A stretch of DNA of 64,000 bases. Origin: Candidatus Rokuibacteriota bacterium. GTDB taxonomy: Bacteria; Methylomirabilota; Methylomirabilia; Rokubacteriales; CSP1-6. Each line of letters starts with the position of its first letter. The first letter of the stretch is position 1. Position numbers and translations under genes: made by a program. The notes below the pieces were generated by a model that had not been told where the DNA came from, searched no databases, and worked only from the letters and a program-made list of their open reading frames with translations. Positions 57,887 through 64,000 of the stretch are shown in pieces. The DNA lies in the NCBI GenBank assembly GCA_016179965.1, contig JACPCF010000013.1, positions 7,335 through 71,334 on the forward strand. The letters are read 5' to 3'.

Positions 57887-58800
57887 ACCATCTGCTGTCC
57901 ATCGCGGACCTGAGCCGCGAGGAGGTGCTTCGCCTCTTCCGCTTGACCGCCGCGCTGAAGGCGCGCCAGAAGGCGGGCGATCGCGGGGCGCCGCTGGCCG
58001 GCCGGAGCCTGGCCCTGATTTTCGAGAAGCCCTCCCTGCGGACCCGGGTCACGTTCGAGGTGGGCATGGTCCAGCTCGGCGGGGCGGCGGTCTATCTCTC
58101 GGCCCAGGAGATCGGCCTCGGCGTGCGCGAGTCGATCCCCGATGTCGCGCGGAACCTGGGCCGTTGGGTGGACATCGTCGCCGCGCGCACCTTCCGCCAC
58201 GCCACCGTCGAGACGCTGGCGGCCCACGCCGCGATCCCCGTCATCAACGGCCTCTCGGACGTGGAGCATCCCTGCCAGGCCCTCGCCGATTTCTTCACGC
58301 TCTGGGAGCGGGGGATGGACCCCGGGCGCATCCGGCTCGCCTGGATCGGCGACGGCAACAACGTCTGCCACTCGCTGCTCCTGCTGGCCGCGCTCCTGGG
58401 CACCCCCTTGGCGGTGGCGACGCCGCCGGGCTACGCGCCTGATCCCGGGATCCAGGCCCGGGCCCGCGCCCTCGGAGGACGCGTGATGCTGACCACCGAC
58501 CCCCGCGAGGCCGCGGAGGGGGCGGACGTCCTCTATACCGACGTCTGGATCAGCGTGGGCCAGGAGGGGGAGCGCGAGCAGCGGCTCGAGGCGTTCCAGC
58601 GCTACCAGCTCAACGACCGCCTGCTGGGGTTCGCCCGGCCGGGGGCGCTCGTCATGCACTGCCTGCCGGCGCACCGCGGGGAGGAGGTCACCGACTCGGT
58701 GCTGGACGGGCCCCAGAGCGTGGTCCTCGACCAGTCCGAGAACCGGCTCCACGCCCAGAAGGCGGTCCTGCTCCACCTCCTCGGAGGCGGGGATGTTTGA
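57883..58800 (+). CDS. argF: Ornithine carbamoyltransferase
   Basis: [26 protein letters not shown], and [14 protein letters not shown] 57883 overlaps the argD stop (ATGA). Confidence 0.95.
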   Translation: MNHLLSIADLSREEVLRLFRLTAALKARQKAGDRGAPLAGRSLALIFEKPSLRTRVTFEVGMVQLGGAAVYLSAQEIGLGVRESIPDVARNLGRWVDIVAARTFRHATVETLAAHAAIPVINGLSDVEHPCQALADFFTLWERGMDPGRIRLAWIGDGNNVCHSLLLLAALLGTPLAVATPPGYAPDPGIQARARALGGRVMLTTDPREAAEGADVLYTDVWISVGQEGEREQRLEAFQRYQLNDRLLGFARPGALVMHCLPAHRGEEVTDSVLDGPQSVVLDQSENRLHAQKAVLLHLLGGGDV

Positions 58801-59080
58801 CCGCGCGTTCTTCGAGCAGCACTTCCTGGGGCAGGCGAAGAGCTTCGCGCAGGACCGCCAGGTCCCGAGCCCCGTGGTCGAGTTCCTGCTCGACGACGGG
58901 ACCGTCCTCTACGTGCGGAGCCTCCTGCAGACCCGGGAGGGCTGGCTCTGCCTCCAGGCCTACGACGAGGACGGGACCCGACAGATCTACTGCCTGTACT
59001 ACAGCATCAAGCGCATCACCTTCCACGCCCAGGCCCCCAAGACCGCCAAGTCGCGCGACGTCGGCTTTCACCTCGGGTAG
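58793..59080 (+). CDS. Hypothetical protein (95 aa) between argF and argG
   Basis: The ORF overlaps the argF 3' end by 8 nt and ends 7 nt before argG. Composition is non-repetitive. No family recognised. Confidence 0.45.
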   Translation: MFDRAFFEQHFLGQAKSFAQDRQVPSPVVEFLLDDGTVLYVRSLLQTREGWLCLQAYDEDGTRQIYCLYYSIKRITFHAQAPKTAKSRDVGFHLG

Positions 59081-59087
59081 GACGCCC

Positions 59088-60299
<1,212 letters not shown>

Positions 60300-60303
60300 G
60301 CCC

Positions 60304-61029
60304 GTGCGCGTCCACGTGGCGTTGACCGCCGGCGAGCTGGACGGGGCTGATCTCCACGCCCGAACCGTCGTCGTCATCGACGTCTTCCGGGCGGCCACCA
60401 CCATGGCCACCGCCCTCGCCAACGGCTGCAAGGGTGTCATCCCTGTCCTCACGCCGGAGCAGGCCCGGCAGCGTGCGCGCGAGTTCCGGCGAGACGAAGT
60501 CGTGCTGGCGGGAGAACGGGGCGGCGAGCCCATCGACGGGTTCGACCTCGGCAACTCCCCCCTCGAGTACACCGCCGACCGGATCGCGGGCCGGGTCGTC
60601 ATCCTCACGACGACCAACGGCACACGCGCCCTGCTGAGGGCGTCGAGCGCGGCCGCGACCGCAGTGGCCGGGCTCGTCAACGTCAAGGCCATCGCCCAGT
60701 GGGCGCAGGACGAGGCCCGGGATCTCACGCTCGCGTGCGCCGGCGAGGCCGGCCAGGTCTCGGTGGAGGACACGGTGTGCGCCGGGCTGATCCTGGACGC
60801 GATCTCCCTCGGCGGCGGGGCGCTCGAGCTGAACGACACGGCGGCGATCGCCCGCAGCGCGGCCCGGGAGTACCGCCACCGACTGGGCGACCTCCGCGCC
60901 GAGTCGAGCTGGGGACGCCACCTGCTGGCGAGCGGACGCGACAGGGACCTGGCCGCCTGCCTCGCCCTGGATGCCTGGCCGATCGTTCCCCGCTTCCGGA
61001 ACGGCCTCGTCGCGGCCGCCCAACCTTGA
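60304..61029 (+). CDS. 2-phosphosulfolactate phosphatase (ComB) family protein
   Basis: 241 aa (VVIDVFRAATTMATAL; GERGGEPIDGFDLGNSPLEY; TTTNGTRAL). GTG start. Confidence 0.75.
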   Translation: MRVHVALTAGELDGADLHARTVVVIDVFRAATTMATALANGCKGVIPVLTPEQARQRAREFRRDEVVLAGERGGEPIDGFDLGNSPLEYTADRIAGRVVILTTTNGTRALLRASSAAATAVAGLVNVKAIAQWAQDEARDLTLACAGEAGQVSVEDTVCAGLILDAISLGGGALELNDTAAIARSAAREYRHRLGDLRAESSWGRHLLASGRDRDLAACLALDAWPIVPRFRNGLVAAAQP

Positions 61030-61054
61030 CAACCCCGTCGCGCGGACCCATAAT
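61026..61054 (+). promoter_or_regulatory. Candidate sigma70 promoter (TTGACA-17-CATAAT) for pgsA-plsY-gpsA
   Basis: Consensus -35 at 61026-61031 overlaps the ComB-like stop. -10 at 61049-61054, about 20-30 nt upstream of the pgsA starts. Confidence 0.55.
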
Positions 61055-61074
61055 GGGCGGCGTTCGCTCGTCGG

Positions 61075-61665
61075 GTGGATAATGCCGTGAACATCCCCAT
61101 CTCCCTCACCTTGGCCCGGATCGTCCTCGTCCCGCTCGTCATGGTGTTCATGATCTCCTCGTCGCGGGTCCACGCCCTCATCGCGGCCGCCATCTTCGGC
61201 GCGGCCTCGCTCACCGACTGGCTGGACGGGGTGATCGCCCGCCGCCGAAACCAGGTGACGACGCTCGGCAAGCTGCTGGACCCGGTGGCCGACAAGCTCC
61301 TCGTCGCCGCCGCGCTGATCGCCCTGGTGCAGACCGAGACGATCCCGGCGTGGATGGCGGTCGTCATCATCGGGCGCGAATTCGCCGTCACCGCGCTGCG
61401 GGGCATTTCGTTCTGGGTCGGGGTGATCGTTCCCGCCTCCACGCTGGCGAAATACAAGACGGCGACGCAGTACGTGGCGATCACGCTGCTGATCCTCGAA
61501 AAGGGAGTGCCCCCCATCGAGTACGTGCCGCTCTACTGGGTCGCGATCGCGGCCCTGTGGGCGGCGCTGGCGCTCACGGTGGTTTCGGGCGCCGACTACT
61601 TCTACCGGTTCTTCCGCAAGGCGGACTACCGCGCCCTGGTCCGGGATACGGAGCGGTGGTCCTGA
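61075..61665 (+). CDS. pgsA: CDP-diacylglycerol--glycerol-3-phosphate 3-phosphatidyltransferase
   Basis: NIPISLTLARIVLVP... and the CDP-alcohol motif DWLDGVIARRRNQVTTLGKLLDPVADKLLV. GTG 61075 or GTG 61087 start. Confidence 0.9.
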   Translation: MDNAVNIPISLTLARIVLVPLVMVFMISSSRVHALIAAAIFGAASLTDWLDGVIARRRNQVTTLGKLLDPVADKLLVAAALIALVQTETIPAWMAVVIIGREFAVTALRGISFWVGVIVPASTLAKYKTATQYVAITLLILEKGVPPIEYVPLYWVAIAALWAALALTVVSGADYFYRFFRKADYRALVRDTERWS

Positions 61666-62264
61666 CGCCCCTGAGCCTCGTCGGCCTCGTGCTGGTCTAT
61701 CTCGTCGGCGCGGTGCCGGTCGGGTATCTCGTCGCCAAGCTCCTCGGCTTCGATATCCGGAGCCACGGGAGCGGCAACATCGGCGCCACGAACGTCCTCC
61801 GCACCCTCGGAAAGGGGCCGGCGGTCATCACGCTTCTCCTCGACGTGGTCAAGGGTTATGTGGCGGTCTGGATCGCGCTGGCTCTCGGGCCCGAGCCGTG
61901 GTGGGGGAGCGTGGGCGCGCTGCTGGCCGTCATCGGCAACTGCTGGTCGGTCTTCCTGGGCTTCCGCGGCGGCAAGGGAATGGCCACGGGGCTAGGCGCG
62001 TTCCTCCACCTGATGCCCTGGGCCGTTCTGCCGGCCATTCTCGTCTGGGGGGCGGTGGCGGGGACCTTCCGCTGGGTGTCGCTCGCGTCGCTGGCGGCCG
62101 CCCTCTGCGTTCCCATCGGTGCGGCGCTCCTCCGCTACCACTGGAGCGGGGTGGCAACGGCCCTCCTCGTCGCCCTGATTATCCTCCTACGGCATCGCGA
62201 CAACGTGGCCCGCCTCCTGTCCGGCACCGAGCGAAAGCTGGGCGAACGGGTGTCGGCCTCATGA
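61656..62264 (+). CDS. plsY: Glycerol-3-phosphate acyltransferase PlsY
   Basis: YLVGAVPVGYLVAKLLGFDIRSHGSGNIGATNVLRTLG and FRGGKGMATG. GTG 61656 start overlaps the pgsA 3' end. Confidence 0.9.
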   Translation: MVLTPLSLVGLVLVYLVGAVPVGYLVAKLLGFDIRSHGSGNIGATNVLRTLGKGPAVITLLLDVVKGYVAVWIALALGPEPWWGSVGALLAVIGNCWSVFLGFRGGKGMATGLGAFLHLMPWAVLPAILVWGAVAGTFRWVSLASLAAALCVPIGAALLRYHWSGVATALLVALIILLRHRDNVARLLSGTERKLGERVSAS

Positions 62265-63304
62265 CCCCGGCGCCCGTCGCCGTGATCGGGGGCGGCAGCT
62301 GGGGAACGGGGCTCTCGGTTCACCTCGGCCGGCTGGGACTGACCGCTCGCCTCTGGGCGCGCGACGCCGCACTCGTCGCGCTGATGCGCTCGAAGAGAGA
62401 AAACCCCTGGTACCTTCCGGGGATCCCCCTGCCGGCAGCGCTCAGCGTGACGTCGGACCACGGGGAGGCGCTCGAGGGCGCCGGGCTCGTCATCGTCGCG
62501 GTCCCTTCCCACGTCTTCGACGCCGTCCTGGAGCAAGCGGCCCGCCGGCTGGCCCGGGGAACGACCATCCTCTCAGCCACCAAGGGACTGGAGCCCGAGC
62601 GCGCCCGCCGCATGTCGGAGATCGCGAGCGCCCGCTGTCCGGGTTCCCCGATCGCCGCGCTCTCAGGGCCCACCTTCGCGCGCGAGGTCGCCCTGGGCCG
62701 CCCCACGGCCGCCGTGGTGGCCTCGACGGATCCCGACGTCGCCAAAGCCCTCCAGCGCCTGCTCTCTTCCCCCGAGTTCCGCCTCTACACCAACCGCGAC
62801 CTGCTGGGGGTGGAGATCGGCGGCGCCCTCAAGAACGTCATGGCCATCGCCACGGGAATCTCCGACGGCCTGGGCCTCGGCGAAAACGCGCGCGCGGCCC
62901 TCATCACGCGGGGATTGGCCGAGATCACGCGGCTCGGCGGCGCGCTCGGCGCTTCTCCGGCGACCTTTGCGGGCCTGGCCGGCATCGGCGACCTGGTCCT
63001 GACGTGCACCGGGTCGCTCAGCCGCAACCACGCCCTGGGGCTCGCGCTGGCGCGCGGCCAGAGCCTGGAGCAGGCGCGGGGAGAGACCCGGATGGTCGCC
63101 GAGGGCGCGCGGACCAGCCTCAGCGCCACGGCGCTCGCGCGGCGGGTGGGCGTCGCGCTGCCGATCTGCCAGGAGGTCGCGGCCGTGCTCTTCGAGGGGA
63201 AGACGCCCAAGGAAGCGCTCGCGAGCCTGCTCCAGCGCGAGTACCGCGCCGAGGAGGAACCCCTCCCGGCGACGAGCGCGCCTGGGGGACGCCGCAATTC
63301 CTGA
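62261..63304 (+). CDS. gpsA: NAD(P)H-dependent glycerol-3-phosphate dehydrogenase
   Basis: VAVIGGGSWGTGLS, GALKNVMAIATGISDGLGLGENA, and SRNHALGLALARG. ATGA overlap with plsY. Confidence 0.95.
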   Translation: MTPAPVAVIGGGSWGTGLSVHLGRLGLTARLWARDAALVALMRSKRENPWYLPGIPLPAALSVTSDHGEALEGAGLVIVAVPSHVFDAVLEQAARRLARGTTILSATKGLEPERARRMSEIASARCPGSPIAALSGPTFAREVALGRPTAAVVASTDPDVAKALQRLLSSPEFRLYTNRDLLGVEIGGALKNVMAIATGISDGLGLGENARAALITRGLAEITRLGGALGASPATFAGLAGIGDLVLTCTGSLSRNHALGLALARGQSLEQARGETRMVAEGARTSLSATALARRVGVALPICQEVAAVLFEGKTPKEALASLLQREYRAEEEPLPATSAPGGRRNS

Positions 63305-63320
63305 GCTCAGAAAGGATCCC

Positions 63321-64000
63321 GTGGTCGGGCGGTGGGTCATCATCTCCACCGAGCGGGCGCGGCGACCTTCCGATTTCGGCCCCGATCCGGTCCGGACCCG
63401 CGGCGGCCACTGCGTCTTCTGCCCGGGAAACGAAGCCCAGACGCCCCCCGAAATCCTCGCCCTCCGGCCCCCCGAAAAGGCCCCCAACAGCGGGGACTGG
63501 TCGCTCCGCGTCGTCCCCAACAAGTTCCCGGCGCTCCGCATCGAGGGGGCGCTCGAGCCCGAGGGCGTCGGCCTCTACGACCGGATGAGCGGCGTCGGCG
63601 CCCACGAGGTCGTCATCGAGACCCCGGACCACGCCGCCACGCTCGCCAGCCTCCCCGAGGCCGCCGTGACCGACGTCTTGTCGACGTATAGGGAGCGGAT
63701 CGTAGACCTCAAGAAGGATCCCCGCTTCGAGTACGTGCTCATCTTCAAGAACCACGGCGAAGCGGCCGGCGCCTCCCTGGAGCACCCCCACTCCCAGCTC
63801 ATCGCGACGCCCATCGTGCCCATCATGGTGGAAGAGGAGCTGGAGGGCTCCGCCCGGTACTTCCGCAAGAAGGAGCGCTGCGTCTGGTGCGACATCATCC
63901 GGCAGGAGCGCCAGACCGACGGCCGCGTCATCCTGGAAGGGGAGGGGTTCGTCGCCATGGCGCCCTTCGCCCCGCGGTTTCCCTTCGAGACCTGGGTCCT
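63321..64000 (+). CDS. galT: Galactose-1-phosphate uridylyltransferase (HIT superfamily), 3' end beyond window
   Basis: GTG start after AAAGGA. CVFCPGNE zinc motif, VVPNKFPAL, and the HPHSQ active-site motif. The frame stays open to nt 64000. Confidence 0.85.
   Translation, partial: MVGRWVIISTERARRPSDFGPDPVRTRGGHCVFCPGNEAQTPPEILALRPPEKAPNSGDWSLRVVPNKFPALRIEGALEPEGVGLYDRMSGVGAHEVVIETPDHAATLASLPEAAVTDVLSTYRERIVDLKKDPRFEYVLIFKNHGEAAGASLEHPHSQLIATPIVPIMVEEELEGSARYFRKKERCVWCDIIRQERQTDGRVILEGEGFVAMAPFAPRFPFETWV

Overview
This is a high-G+C bacterial chromosomal segment (about two-thirds G+C by eye). It is almost fully coding, and only two genes lie on the minus strand.

Gene content is core metabolism and respiration, in this order:
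- A 5'-truncated TctA permease, a P-type (Ca2+-like) ATPase, a CaCA exchanger and a GntR regulator.
- ppdK and a DapA-family aldolase.
- An ilvB-ilvN-ilvC-psd-pssA-leuA-leuC-leuD-leuB-asd-truA block.
- A periplasmic Cys-type formate dehydrogenase (FdnG/FdnH-like plus an NrfD-type anchor) with fdhD and fdhE, and an AOX/PTOX-like di-iron oxidase embedded in that cluster.
- An SDR on the minus strand.
- A long haem operon (ccsA/hemX-like, hemA, hemC, hemD, hemB ... hemL) interrupted by an Rrf2, cysteine synthase, CysO-like and JAMM(Mec) module.
- A complete Alternative Complex III (actABCDEF), then moeA.
- A SoxY-SoxZ fusion whose Tat leader sits in another frame, and a YeeE-family sulfur transporter on the minus strand.
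- cpoB/ybgF, dprA-topA-xerC-hslV-hslU, argB-argD-argF-argG, a ComB-like phosphatase, pgsA-plsY-gpsA, and a 3'-truncated galT.

I saw no rRNA, tRNA, CRISPR array, transposase, prophage or recognisable defence genes, and I do not see a convincing novel multi-gene system.

The most unusual signals are small-scale:
1. A family of G5/C5 palindromic (REP/BIME-like) elements at four loci, each read through by an open frame. One is an in-frame 75-nt insertion between Met1 and the catalytic Thr of HslV. Another is a 147-nt ORF bridging hslV and hslU with ATGA overlaps at both ends.
2. A decapeptide ([10 protein letters not shown]-stop) encoded twice, 125 nt apart, by synonymously recoded DNA at the end of the DapA-family gene.
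3. The split Tat-leader/SoxYZ gene next to the YeeE-family gene.
4. The PTOX-like oxidase inside the fdh cluster.
5. The CysO/Mec cysteine module inside the hem operon.
6. An orphan mini transcription unit upstream of ppdK.

All functional calls rest on remembered family motifs and gene order. No searches were run.
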